A stretch of DNA of 49,412 bases, counting the filler, from Catajapyx aquilonaris (lineage: Eukaryota), in NCBI GenBank assembly GCA_000934665.2. It is 3 parts of 3 records of this genome, joined end to end, with 100 filler letters (N's around TTAATTAATTAA, not from the genome) between each part and the next. Parts side by side here need not be neighbours in the genome. Positions count along the whole stretch, not along the records: positions 1 to 16,108 come from JYFJ02007293.1; positions 16,209 to 32,307 come from JYFJ02007294.1; 1 more part is not named here. One strand, written 5' to 3'. This document shows, one piece after another, positions 12,335-24,484 of this stretch. The position numbers were made by a program, and so were the translations under genes. The notes below the pieces were generated by a model, which searched no databases, was not told the origin of the DNA, and saw nothing but the letters and a program-made list of their open reading frames with translations. Numbering within the stretch: the first letter of the stretch is position 1; each line of letters opens with the position of its first letter.

Positions 12335-14443
12335 CCGGGTAGTGCTTGACCTCATCGGAGGTATATAGCACGGACCTTTATTTATGTCTCGTACATATAT
12401 TGGAACCTTCATACGTAACGCCCGGGCCCACGGGCAGGATGACAGGAGGGGATGTGCAAGGTGCAGTGCAATGTCTTAAATGTGGCCATTTTTAGTGAAC
12501 TCCCCCGGGTGGTTTAGTCTATTGGAAATACCACCCGAGACGAAGCCAGAGGTGACCCTGAACTCTGCACGAGATGAAGGGGTTGTCCCCGGGTTGGGAT
12601 CGAACCCGGGACCTTAACATCCGTGGGCGCATACGTTACCGCAGCACCACTCTGCCTCCCCTCATTTTCTGCTAAGTAAAACCTATTGTAAATGGAATCA
12701 GACAAGTTTGCCTAGTTAAAGTTATTCAAGGTTCAAGAGTGTTTCATTCAAACAGGCACATGTGAATAATACTGGGTGATAGGGGGAGGCATGGTGGCCG
12801 AGATGGTAACGTCTCGGCTTGCTATGCGAAAGGTCCCGGGTTCAAATCCCCACCCGGGAACAAACCTTTCGCTTGCGTCAATGGGTCGTGACCCGCGCCT
12901 AAGGAGGCGTCTTAGCAACCTGACTCCTGGGGGACTGCACCTGGCCCACCGCTGGACAATGCACCTGCACATGTGTTCCCTCCCCAAACCCCCCCAACCC
13001 TTACCCCATTTCCTAGTAATCCTTGCACCGGAGTTCGAAGATAAACCATTAGAAAATGGTATGGTGGTCTGCCACCCCCCTATAACGACCAAGTGTTGTA
13101 TCACGGGGTAAATAAAATAAATAAATAAATAAATAAATAAATGAAGAAAGAAAGAAAGAAAGAAAGAAATAATACAGGGTGATATGAGGGTCAGTCGGAA
13201 AATAAGTCACAATGCTACAGTTTCAATGCCAAGCAATGGCCACTGCAAAGAAGGGCATGGGCAGGGATGTCGATCCTTTCGGTACTTTATAGGATTAGTA
13301 GGTGCCATTTTGCAGCTTATGCATAGGCGCAGCAGCCATTGGATGTGGCTGAGTGTCGAGCAGAGCGTGCCTGCCCACATTCCGCCAGGAGAAGTCATGG
13401 CAGACAGATGCATGTTGGTCACATGGACTAAAGCAGAAGTCAGGGCAGTTGTTTGCTACGAGTGGTCGACATGTGACATGCGACAGATGACATTAATCAC
13501 TGTCTGGTGGAAGTGTATGGTCTGGATGTCATGTTTGAGCAAATGGTGCAGCGATGGGGCCAGCATTCAATGATGGGAGTACAAGCAGGAAGATCGACCA
13601 GAGATCCGGATGACTGGCCAGTACCGACAAGAGCATTGCACCACCAAGTTGATGGGATTATGCACTATGAGTCGTGGCCTCACTTCTGCCATGTGGGCAG
13701 CACACTCTGCTCGACACTGGGCCTTGTCCAATGGCTGCTGTGCCTGCGGATAAGCTGCAAGATGGTGCCTACCCAGTGCCGGACTTAGGGGCCCCTGCCC
13801 TTTTCGTATATTAACAAACCGCAATTTTTATTAAACATACTTTGACCTTCAAGTAAATCGAAAAGTACCTTTTTACACATTATAAAATTAACTGACATTT
13901 AATTACAAGTTTACGATTTGCATTGCAACGCGACGAAAATTATTTTCCGCAACTTTTCAACTTCAGGAAATGGGGACAAAAAGTAACAGGTAATGTGACT
14001 TGTGGAAGAAGCATTACCAGTTCTTGCGATCATTGGCCAAATATGTTGTCGTCACAGGGATCAGCTGCATACAGTCTTGTCAGATGATGAGGAATGCAAT
14101 AATTCTTGCATTTCTTTCATTATCACTGGCTACCCGTTCAGTTAGGGACAAGCTCTGATGTAAATGAATCAATAAATCATGGGGATAAGTTTTGATCTCT
14201 AATGTCAAGTAATTACAGTTGGTTTCATTTTTCAGCAAACATGGCAATATTAAACGATTTGAAGACCTGGCCTTTTTGAATGCAAGCACTGGGCTTGTGG
14301 ACACGACATGGGGTCCCATCAAGATTGGAGTGTATGCCCGTCACTTGGAGCGTTGGTTGCGTCACTTTCCTCTCTCTCAGTTCCTCTTTGTGTCAGGAGA
14401 GAAACTGGTCACTGATCCGGCAGGAGAGATGGCACGTGTACAG
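9771..14443 (+). CDS. Hs3st: Heparan sulfate glucosamine 3-O-sulfotransferase (Hs3st-B-like), 3'-partial
   Basis: Exons 9771-9964 (N-terminal TM anchor), 11027-11494 and 14236-14443 join in phase with GT-AG sites. It has the PAPS-binding motifs [15 protein letters not shown] and [11 protein letters not shown], plus EKTPSYFV. The final exon was not found before the contig break. Confidence 0.92.
10554..10654. repeat. Compound (TAA)n/(CAT)n microsatellite
   Basis: Directly visible in Hs3st intron 1. Confidence 0.95.
11863..12192. mobile_element. Tc1/mariner-type MITE with long TIRs
   Basis: TA-CAGGATGT...TCTTTTTTGTCCGAACAGTTATCG and CGATAACTGTTCGGACAAAAAAGA...ACACCCTG-TA. Inverted arms of about 90 bp and a TA TSD. 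Confidence 0.85.
12278..12663 (-). mobile_element. tRNA-derived SINE
   Basis: Minus-strand head with B-box GGTTCGATCCC and a (TAT)n tail at 12278-12333. 15-bp TSD ATTTTCTGCTAAGTA at 12263-12277 and 12664-12678. Confidence 0.88.
12782..13167 (+). mobile_element. tRNA-derived SINE, same family as 20010-20358 and 32408-32746
   Basis: GGGGAGGCATGGTGGCCGAGATGG A-box, GGTTCAAATCCC B-box, (AAAT)n(GAAA)n tail, and an approximate TSD AATAATAC(T/A)GGGTGATA on both sides. Confidence 0.85.
13174..13772 (+). mobile_element. Decayed mariner element with transposase HTH remnant and internal inversion
   Basis: TACAGGGTG terminus. Fragments [14 protein letters not shown] and [15 protein letters not shown]...GRS resemble the mariner transposase N-terminal HTH region. 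About 13298-13389 is repeated in inverted orientation at about 13684-13772. Confidence 0.65.
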
Positions 14444-14961
14444 GTGAGTCAAACAGTTGTTCTGCTGACATAATATTTTTGTTGAAGATTCTGATTTTAC
14501 TTTCTGTAATGTTTTAAAAGTATTTCACAGATTTAATCATTGTGGTTTTCTGCACTTGCTCTTGACATCATGCATGTCAGTAAAATAGTTTATAAGGCTC
14601 ATTTTGTACAGTGCACAGTGAATTTTCTTTCTTGTTCGTTTCTTTATTAATGACAGATGCAGTTGCCTGTCCCGTTGTCCCCCTTTACCGCACCTTGGTC
14701 CCGAGGCCAATCTACCCCCTTAGTGACCCACACTCATTTCACTGCAACTGAGTATGCCCTGGGTTCAATCCCATGTCCCTCCCACCAGCTTTGAGTGGGT
14801 CCAGAGGGGAACAAACAATGTGTGCTTGTACGACATTAGCTGTGGGGACGGAAATGTGTGTTTTAACCAGCCCAGGGACACTTCTATCCCAGGGCAATAG
14901 GAAAAGCTGTGCCGTTATCTCTTCCGGCAGTGGTGCTAATATATGTGCAATGGAATCCTGC

Positions 14962-15103
14962 TGTGGAACTCTCATCTCCATAAGTCCAGCGCCTCTTATG
15001 GCACAACTATGCACTAACGCCTACAGCTTTATACGGCTCTATAGGCGTTAGTGCATAGCTGTGCCATAAGAGGCACTGAACTTATGGAGATGTCAGTTCC
15101 ACA
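14962..15103. repeat. Palindrome (about 63-bp arms), probable MITE
   Basis: TGTGGAACT..CATCTCCATAAGT..CCTCTTATGGCACA.CTATGCACTAACGCCTA mirrored by TAGGCGTTAGTGCATAG.TGTGCCATAAGAGG..ACTTATGGAGATG..AGTTCCACA. Confidence 0.8.
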
Positions 15104-15203
15104 ACACAAGTGGGGCCCCACGGGGAGGTGCCGAGCCCTAGCGCCTCGCAAAGCAAATACACGCCTAAAGCAGCTAACAAAATGAAACTTGTCTCATGAA
15201 AAT

Positions 15204-15876
15204 GGGGAACTAGCCTTGGTCTGGGATTTGGGATTTTTGTTCATAACTAGCTAGCCCATGCCTGTAAACACACATTCCATCACTCTGTTGCATCAAAATG
15301 ACATTACTGGATAAATTATGGCACATTTAAAAGTGCCTTCAAAATTGGCGGGAAAAACGGGGCAGCAGAGTGGTGCCAATCGAAGGGTATACTGAAATGC
15401 CTGGTTGACTGAGAGAGATGAGGAAGTTGATTTAGAATTTACCGCGGACGCGACGGAAAGCATTCGCAAGGCGGCTGTAGACCATCGCGGTGGAGAAAGG
15501 AGGCCTTTATGTGCCGAATTCGGGTGACAGATATTTCCGACCTGGTGGCATCACTGCCATGTACAAAGCGGTTTGAGCGGCCTGGAATAAATACGCGCCC
15601 CGGCCGCTATCTTGCTCACGGAATAGGAAGGTTGCTAACAACAGCGAAGCATTTTACGACAATGACGGGGCGCGTTCTATAACATCATTTTTGCGTTCAA
15701 TTCACTTCGCTTGAAGTCAACATTTTCTAGGGCAACAGTGACATCACCATTTCCCTACGAAAAAACGCCAATATCTCCGGAACTGAAACTGATATCTTAA
15801 AACGGAATACGCCAAAAAAATCCACAAATTATGGCCGAATTTATTATGTGGTTTCCAAAATGAAGGCTAGTTCCCC
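15204..15876. mobile_element. Non-autonomous TIR DNA transposon
   Basis: Perfect inverted ends GGGGAACTAGCCTT / AAGGCTAGTTCCCC flanked by AT on both sides. Superfamily uncertain. Confidence 0.6.
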
Positions 15877-16108
15877 ATGGAGCAATATTTGACAAAGTTG
15901 TGTGTTTCTAATAGGGGTCATTCCACGTCAGTCGGGCCCCCTTTGTACCCTTGATGTGGCGGATTTGAATGATATTCACAGGTTATGGTGACCTAGCGCT
16001 GCTAAAACATTGTACTATCACCAGCAAAAAGAATGGCATACCTTCTTTTGTTTTTCTGTGTTTACGTGTTGGCTATCCTGGCGCTGCCAGGTAACCGTGG
16101 TTGATTAT

Positions 16109-16208
16109 NNNNNNNNNNNNNNNNNNNNNNNNNNNNNNNNNNNNNNNNNNNNTTAATTAATTAANNNNNNNNNNNNNNNNNNNNNNNNNNNNNNNNNNNN
16201 NNNNNNNN
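16109..16208. other. Artificial contig spacer
   Basis: N44 + TTAATTAATTAA (stops in all six frames) + N44, 100 nt in total. Confidence 0.97.
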
Positions 16209-16757
16209 ATGATCGTGTGTGAACACCCCCAGCTCAAAGGTGACGCGCAAACGGAAAGCGAAAGTGAAAACGGCATCGGAAACGACTCTAGTGTGAACGC
16301 AGCTTAAGGAGTGGGAATAGTGGAATGTGTCCAAGTCCGGCTTGCCCCTAGACAATCCGGCGGCAGCCTTGAGCGGGGGTCTAGCCCCAACCCTCAATAA
16401 ACTAGTTGGTCTCCCTTTTTTAATTTCAGCCGAGTGCTACAATTTTCAGGTATTCCACCAAAGATGATAACTCTTTCCAAGCTCTTTCCCACCTTCCCTT
16501 AGTATCTTTGCCTTCCGCTAGGTTGGCGCTAGGGTGTGTTCTGGCTGGGTTCGGGTGGCCGTCTAACAACGCAGCCAATAGCGAGCCCCGTTACATGACA
16601 CGTGACTTTTACCCTTGTGCTCCCCTTACACCGAGTGCTGCGCCGCTTTGTGAATCACTTTACACCTCTCGCTACAACCGGTTGTAAGGGGAGCGTAAAG
16701 ATATGGGTGTAAATCACTTACGCGCTCGAAAGTTGCGCTCTTTTGTGAATCCTCCCC
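16209..16757. mobile_element. One end of a Harbinger-like DNA transposon inserted in a zinc finger
   Basis: Ends in TTTGTGAATCCTCCCC followed by CAG (reverse complement CTG-GGGGAGGATTCACAAA), resembling Harbinger termini with a CWG target. Finger-coding sequence resumes mid-finger right after it. The other end is lost at the gap. Confidence 0.5.
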
Positions 16758-16758
16758 C

Positions 16759-18232
16759 AGTAGAGCAGATCATTTAGAAGTTCACATGAAAATCCACACA
16801 GGTGAGAAGCCATTCAGTTGTCCAACATACCTTAAGAGGTTTGGGAGAGGTTATCATTTGAAAAGACACATGAAAACGCACATTGGGGAGAAACCATACA
16901 GCTGCAAATTTTGCCCCAAAAAGTTTCGTCTTGGAGGTGATTTGAAAGCTCATTTAAGAGCACACACTGCAGAGAAGTCATTCAGCTGCCAAGTGTGTCA
17001 CAAAGAGTTCAGCCAGCTACAAAGCATGAAGAATCACTTGCGAATACACACGGCAGTGAAACGTTGTTTGCCAAGTCTGCCTGAAGAAGTTCAAGGATGC
17101 ACCTAGTTTGAAAACACACATGTTGGTGCACACAGGGGAAAAGCCATATTGTTGCCAGGTGTGCCAAAAGAAATTCACGGAGGCAGGGAGTTTGAAAAAA
17201 CACATGCGGCTACACACAGGAGAAGGACTATTTCATTGCCAGGTCTGCCAGAAGAAGTTCCAGACGGCAGGATATTTGAAAATACATATGCGGCTGCACA
17301 CGGAAGAAAAACCATATTGTTGCCAGGTGTGCCCAAAGAAATTCACGCAGCCAGGGAATTTGAAAATACACATGCGGATGCACACAGGAGAAAAACCATA
17401 TTGTTGCCAGGTGTGCCAAAGGAAATTAACGCAGGCGGGGAGTTTGAAAGCACACATGCGGTTGCATACAGGAGAAGGAGTATTTAATTGCCAGGTCTGC
17501 CAGAAGAAGTTCCAGACGGCAGGATTATTGAAAATGCACTTGCGGCTGCACACGGGAGAAAAACCATATTGTTGCCAGGTGTGCCAAAAGAAATTCACGC
17601 AGGCGGGGAGTTTGAAACTTCACATGCTGGTGCATACAGGAGAAAGACAATTTCATTGCCAGGTCTGCCAGAAGAAGTTCCTGACGGCAGGATATTTGAA
17701 AATACACATGCGGGTGCACACGGGAGAAAAGCCATATTGTTGCCAGGTGTGCCAAAAGAAATTCACGCAGACAGGGAATTTGAACATTCACATGCGGGTG
17801 CACACAGGAGAAGGACTTTTTCATTGCCAGGTCTGCCAGAAGAAGTTCCAGACGGCAGGATATTTGAAAATGCACATGCGGCTGCACACGGGAGAAAAAC
17901 CACATTGTTGCCAGGTGTGCCCAAAGAAATTCACGCAGGCGGGGAGTTTGAAAATTCACATGCGGGTGCACACAGGAGAAGGACTATTTCATTGCCAGGT
18001 CTGCCAGAAGAAGTTCCAGACGGCAGGAAGTTTGAAAACACACATGCTGGTGCATACAGGAGAAAAACCATATTGTTGCCAGGTCTGCCAAAAGAAATTC
18101 ACGCAGGCGGGGAGTTTGAAAACACACATGCTGGTGCACACACGAGAAAACTCATATCAATGTCATGTCTCCCAGAAATTGTTTGCTTTCCCAGGGGACT
18201 TGGAATCTCACATGACAACACACATGAAGTAA
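16759..18232 (+). pseudogene. Tandem C2H2 zinc-finger array (about 17 fingers), frameshifted and 5'-interrupted
   Basis: Repeated CxxC...HxxxH with TGEKP-type linkers. A frameshift at ~17070 separates HTAVKR from CQVCLKKFKDAPSLKTHM. The first complete finger has C>Y and the last has C>S. An assembly error at the frameshift cannot be excluded. Confidence 0.8.
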
Positions 18233-20009
18233 GCTATTTTAGTGCCAGTATCTCCCAACCGGCTTTGAAAAGTGAAAGAATATTAAATGCTCTGCAAGTT
18301 CGTGCTAGCTTAAAAATTCGAGGAGAGAGTGCAAGGCAAGAATCTGGAAATTTAAACTGCTGTAACTTAATTAAAATATTTCTGAATACGATGCAAAATA
18401 AAACTACGTAGATTGCAAATTAGCAGGAACTTATGGCGCAGCATTAAATATTTGAATTACCTGCATGCCACTTGTGGTCTTACTTTTCGTACCTAGAGGA
18501 TCTCGTCTCCTGACTATACCAGCAGGGACTTGCCACAAGCTGTCTCCGCACATGACAGTTGCGTAGTAGAATAAAAGAAGCGTTATTCGAGTTAGGATAT
18601 TCATAATGAGGTAAACTACAGGGCCGAATGTGGCGGGAGTTCGCATTTTACGTTCTTAATTATTTTCTATTCTATTTTGTGGACTTCAAACTGCACAACA
18701 AAATATTATGTAATTGCTTGCATGTTCTTTGTTTTGTTTGAAAGAAGCAACAATATTGTACCTCATTCATCACTTTAATGGCCGCCAATCATAATGAACA
18801 TGACTATATCTGAATTGAATGGCATATTCACCTCCAGGGGTACGCCTTCTTTCATAATTATCCAGAATGACAGACACATTGGATATTGTTAAGGCTTCTA
18901 TTATTCCGTTTTCCTAAAAAAAAATATAGGAAATTTTGCTTATTTCATGATGGCGAACTGGCTCCCGTAATATTGCCCCGCTATGGATTGTATTAGTGTT
19001 TTCCACACATTGCCATCCTCGTGAAAAAGACTATTACATTGACATTTGGCTTGTACCTTATAATATGGTTAAAAACGAGGCGGTGATTGTTCTTGTGTAA
19101 TAAAATACTGAGCATATGGGCGAGGAATTTGTATTAATTATTTATCCTGGAAATAAAACTAAAATCTTTATCAAAATTAATGACGCTGGATGCTTGTCAT
19201 GATTTGAAACACTGAACATCAAGATACCTAAATGTGTGCCCCTCGTCTTTACAGCACCTTTTCCTGGATAGATTGCGACACCTCTGGTTATACTGTATAC
19301 GTGTATATGGTATGTCATTTGTCAGCCCAAGGGTCAATATATTCAAGGTATGCTTATGTGGCATGTGTCCTTCCTTTTTTGTTTTTTGATGGAGTGCAGA
19401 GGCACCCAGAAATACGATCTAAACAACTAAACTCACAAGGACACCCTTGTATAAACTGTTGGACATTAGGCCACGTAAAATTCCAAATGAATATTACCAT
19501 TGCTTCTTTGACATTTTCAACAACGTGTCATACCAACTTTGGTGCGAAGTAGCTGGTGACACCCTTGAAAAAAAAAAAAAACATGCAGAAAAAATTCAAA
19601 TTGAAATTATTACCGCGAAAAGTCTGTAGTTTAATCACTTTGTGCCGTGAAAATTTTACGTAATAAAAGACACTAAACTAGAAAATGTAATTTACGGCTG
19701 GAATGGGTTTATAATTATAGTCCAGGACAGATATGGTTTGTGGTAAAAAAAAATACTGCAATAGAAATGACTTTTTAACCACCGTGTTCAAAAAATGTGC
19801 AGCATAACATGGTCGCAAGGTTCAACGCAATTAGTGCCAGGTAAACCGCCGCCATCTTGAAATAAATGGCCTCATGTACTGTACTGTGATATGTGAATTT
19901 ATGATCAGAACAAAATGAAAGATTGTACTACTTATTTTACACAAATTCGATCCCTATCGTCCCTGCCTTCCCTACTTTTGGCGTGGTTTGCATGCAGTCG
20001 ACAAATATT

Positions 20010-20358
20010 TTTATTTATTTTACTTTACTTACCCCACTGGGAGTGGAATCATCGCTCCTTTAGGAGGGTGGAACACCCACCATTTTTTTCATCTCTAGTT
20101 TCTGAATTTTTCTTCGAACACCGTGCAAGGGAGAAAGGGACATGGGGAAGGGAATGGGAATTTTTGGGGACGGGACACTGGTGCAAGTGCAATGTCTCAA
20201 ACTGGGCCAATGTGCAGTCCCCCAGGAGGTTAGGTTGCCACACACATTCAAGGCGGGGGTCAAATGGCCTCCTGACACAGGTAAATGGATCTAACATTGA
20301 ACCCGAGACCTTTCGCTCAGCAAGCCGAGGCATTACCATCTAGGCCACCGCACCTCCC
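20010..20358 (-). mobile_element. tRNA-derived SINE
   Basis: Homologous to 12782-13167. 15-bp TSD CAGTCGACAAATATT at 19995-20009 and 20359-20373. Confidence 0.88.
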
Positions 20359-20737
20359 CAGTCGACAAATATTGTGTCCGAGTATTCTCAGAAGCCAATC
20401 TGTTTGAGAATTCTCCTAGACGAACTTGATGGGAAACTCAGAAAATAGTATGGTAAAATTTTGTTACATAATGTTCATCTGGACTACAACAGTTTGCACG
20501 AGGGGTTATGGAAAATTCCTCCGTTAATTTTTTAAAAGCAACAGTGCCATTTTATTTGTACTTCATCAAACAATTCACGAGTTGCACACATTATATACAA
20601 AGGCACGCGAAATGCAACATTTCAATAGAACTATTTACAGCAGAACAAACATAAAATAACTTAAGAACACTTAGCAATTAATGAATTGTAATGTTTTGTA
20701 CACCTTTGCCTCTACGTAAGAACACAAAACGTCGAAG

Positions 20738-22300
20738 CTAAATATTATTGGGTGCATCATCAGGTCCCTGCATTCCTAGAGCCACCAGGTCTTCGGGTTG
20801 TGGTTGACTCATGAGTGAGACGTACACGTCATGTGCCAGGGTGCATGGATCTTCACAGGTCATCCTTTTCGCAGGTTCCTGTGGAGGACCATATTCAGGA
20901 TCGAATCCATCCAATTCATTAGCTCCCCAGGTTCTACAATGGTAATTGTCCAGGAAGCGCTGGAAAAAATATAAAGCCAATTTATGCTTGTATACCTTGG
21001 TCAATGTTATTAGGTAGAAGGTGCTATGTTGCAAGTTGTGCATGGACCCCACTCACTGTTGCAAGTTTGTCATCCAGCTTGGCATGATCATAACTGCAGA
21101 CTTGGTCAAGCACCTTGCGAATAAGCTCAGCCCGAGTGTGGGCTGCCTCCATCATCTTCCCGACCTTGGATCTTGAGTCTGGGCCACCCAGGTGGATCGC
21201 CAAGCATTCCAAGTCCAGGCTTGGAAGTGGGGCGGGTTCACCTAACACACACTTGATGAACTCCACGCCGTTCAGGAATCGTGTCACCACTGCTTCAAAC
21301 TGCCCAACCAGATTGTAATGCAGTATTGCCTGTCACGAGGAAAGACAGAGACTGTAATACCTTAGTTGCAAAGATTGAATATTGTCTCCTGTTTATATAC
21401 CTGCATGAGTATGTAATATGCTGCTTCATTTTCCTCGTGATACACGAGCACTATCCCCTTAGCTTGGCCTCTGACCTCCATCAACCATTCTAGGAACTCT
21501 AGGAGGCAATCTTTAATGGACAGACACGATGCAATTACTTCCTTTGCCTTATTATCAAGCAGCTTGTATCCAAGGATGGTTTTTCGGACTGCCAGGTGGT
21601 GGGGCCTGCGTAGACTTGGAACTGGAACCTGCCATGGAGCTGCATACTGGGTGAACGTTTTCCTATCCTTGGAATGAGGAGATGCATAGTATGCTCCCAC
21701 CCTGCAGATTGTGTCCGACAAGTATGGGCCACTTGTGTCAATGTCCCAGTACACTACCAGTTCTTGTTCCTCCAGGGGTAGGGAAGGAGCCACCTGGTCT
21801 ATTATCTCCTCGCTTTCACAGTAATCAAGGTCTTCGTAATTAATGTTTGTGAAAGAAGGGAGAACCTCAAGTGGTTCATTATTAGTTACAATAGTTTGTC
21901 CTGTTTGCTCTGGGTGACAATACAGAGTGACACCTTCCATCATGTAACCTTCTTCAGCCAGCTTCATTGTCCATCCCTCCTCAGAGAAACCTTGAATCGC
22001 GCAGTCTTCCTCGCCCTTGCATGGTAATATGCAATCTTCTGCAGTCAATTGTGGCAAATGCTCATTCTCATCCGTCCAAGGAGTTGGACAATCTGCATCA
22101 GTCACATCATGTGATGTGCAATCTTTCTCACTCATGTTGCCGTCCATTGAGATCTCCTGGGTTGTGGGATCTTCAGGCAACACTGGAGCTTCTTCAAATT
22201 CCTTGTCAACAGTAGCTGAAGCCTTGAAATGTTCCTCAACCATATAGTTCAAGAATTTGTCTTCCGGCAATTGCAACGCCCGTTCCAGGCCCAACTTATC
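20738..22300 (-). CDS. Divergent exuperantia-like protein (DEDD-type pseudonuclease domain); 5' exon(s) not resolved
   Basis: Exons 22300-21401, 21329-21057 and 20959-20738, all phase 0 with GT-AG sites. LVVYWDIDTSG..L.D.IC..GAY...FTQY..P, L.EFLEWL..V.G.AKGIVLVYHE and ..YNL...FE.VV..F.NG follow the Exu EXO-like domain pattern. An acidic low-complexity region precedes the domain. Confidence 0.75.
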
Positions 22301-24484
22301 CTGTGGACACAATGAACTGTTTACACACTAGTACGCAATGGTGCAGGAACACTCCACCAGTAATTTTCAAGCCTACCTAAATGTAATTATGTAAAGTGTT
22401 AATTTAGACTCAGGTAAGAGAAGATTAGAGTAAGTGGCAATTGCACCATGCCGTGTTATTGATATTGTTGGTCTTTGAAAATAACCATTTACATTAGCAA
22501 GCTATTTCAGTCAAGTAATGGGGCCATGTTAGTGCTTTGATAAGTTCTCATTAAACTTAAAAGAATGTTACTCAAGCTATTGGTAGTGCATATTAAAATG
22601 TCAAAATGTTTCATTGGTTTGTCACACAGCCTCTCTTAGTATGGTGGCCTCCTAATAAAGGAGAATTATTAGCAGTGATAATGTGAACTTGATAACTTCT
22701 CATTTGCATATTCAATTAATGTAAGTACAGTATCATTTGCATGAATAATTTTTTTGAAACCATTACAGTCATGTCCATATGTTTGTGTCTTTTACTACTT
22801 GTAACTGTTGTCAGACCTAGTAAGTGTACCAATTATAATTGCAGCCAGAGTGAATAGCTTTATAATCTCATGTTATGGTATCCCTTGATTTTTGAGTGAC
22901 AATGTGCAACAGTAATGTTCTATCCAATAACATGAGGATGGTTTCTTCACAGGAAACCTCTTGTGGATAAAATGGATTTTAAAATGTGACAATAGGAAAA
23001 GGTGGATAAAAATGGTGATACAGTAATCGGATAAAATTAATAAAAGTGGCGGAAACTGTTTTGTATGAAAATTACAATATATTGGGGAAAGAAAACAAAT
23101 ATTGTTTTCTTTCCCCAATGACAATTTTCATGGCAAATATCAGACTACAATTTTTAAAATCCTAATTAGAGACTACCCATGAGTATAATCATCAAAGTTC
23201 ATAATATTAAAACACAATGCATTTGGCACTTGCAAGATGATGATTGATGATGATGATAACAATACTCTTCCTCCAAATGACCATCTCCCCAGCAGGATAA
23301 TTATAAGTAATTAAATAATAATGTACACAAACATATACTTTGTACTGTAATGCTTCTGATTCAATTAGTGGTCACTAAATGGGGTGAGTTCGATTCAAAT
23401 ATAAATGGAAAATCCTTGCAACTACACTATTTTGCTAATTTTAAAAATCTCAAGACAGTTACACACATGAAGTAAATTTTTTCTGTTCAAGTAACAAAAT
23501 AATTGTGAGAATTTACTGTATCTATACCACTTGATAAACTAGTTTGAGCATCGAATATTGCCCCATTAAAATGATCATTGAATATTCCTTTGTAATGTTG
23601 CAGACATCAAATTGTTAATAGCATTATCTTTAATGAGGCCCACTTGCCCCACTGAATGAAGACGATATGACCAGGATTATATGCAGATAAGCAACCGTTG
23701 GAAACAATCAGGACCACCTCCAGAAGAAGAAAAAAAATCCAGCTAGAAAAGTGTCTTACATTGTTGATGGCATTGTTGGCAACAATGAATTCTAGATATG
23801 TTCCTAAATGAAAATTACTGTGGATGTGGTGCAATACACGGTTGCTATAGACTCACTTTGAAAAATAATATTCGCCTGAATTCCTGATTAAAAAAATTAT
23901 TATATAAAAATTGCACCCGGGGTCGTTGAACTCTCGTGCAATCCATTGCATCGAACGTTTCCGTGCATTAGCCCGCAATTCGGGTGTCCCAAAAGTGATA
24001 AAAAACTGACCTGCCGACTTTCAGGCTGCATACCCTGCGAATGGTAGCGCACAACAATGCAGATCCAAGCAGGGAAGACGACTCAAATTGAAATGGAACG
24101 AGGCGGCCTCCTTCTCCCTCTTAATCAGCCGGCGCCATATTGAAAAAAGAAAAACACTCAAGGTGGACAGATCATTGTTCGTATTTTCAATTGCTGATTT
24201 ATTTAATGACTAAATCGAAATTAAGAATGCCTTCAATATATGCGGTTAATAATTAGTGTGTAGAACAGGGTCGTAAAATTAACTGAAGCAAAATACAGTA
24301 CATTGGTTGACACTGGCAGCAGCGCCGCCCTGGTGGTGAGTTGATGTAAGCTGTCAGTTCGTATCGGGATGCCGTCGAGGAAGGACGTGTTCGGCCAACA
24401 CCGTTGACAACAATAAAAACCGGGGATGGATTTCCCCAGATACGTCGATTCTTATTGTTTTGGACTGCCAAATCCGCTAGTGAT

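Noticed and set aside
16153..16164. TTAATTAATTAA palindrome as a biological site
   Set aside because: It sits centred in N runs twice, so it is a synthetic linker.
17135..18145. Regularly spaced repeats suggesting a CRISPR array
   Set aside because: The units are contiguous coding repeats without unique spacers, the context is eukaryotic and there are no cas genes.
17149..18411. Long alternative-frame and antisense ORFs over the zinc-finger array (e.g. 307 aa at 17488-18411)
   Set aside because: An expected by-product of a stop-poor 84-bp tandem repeat; no independent coding signal.
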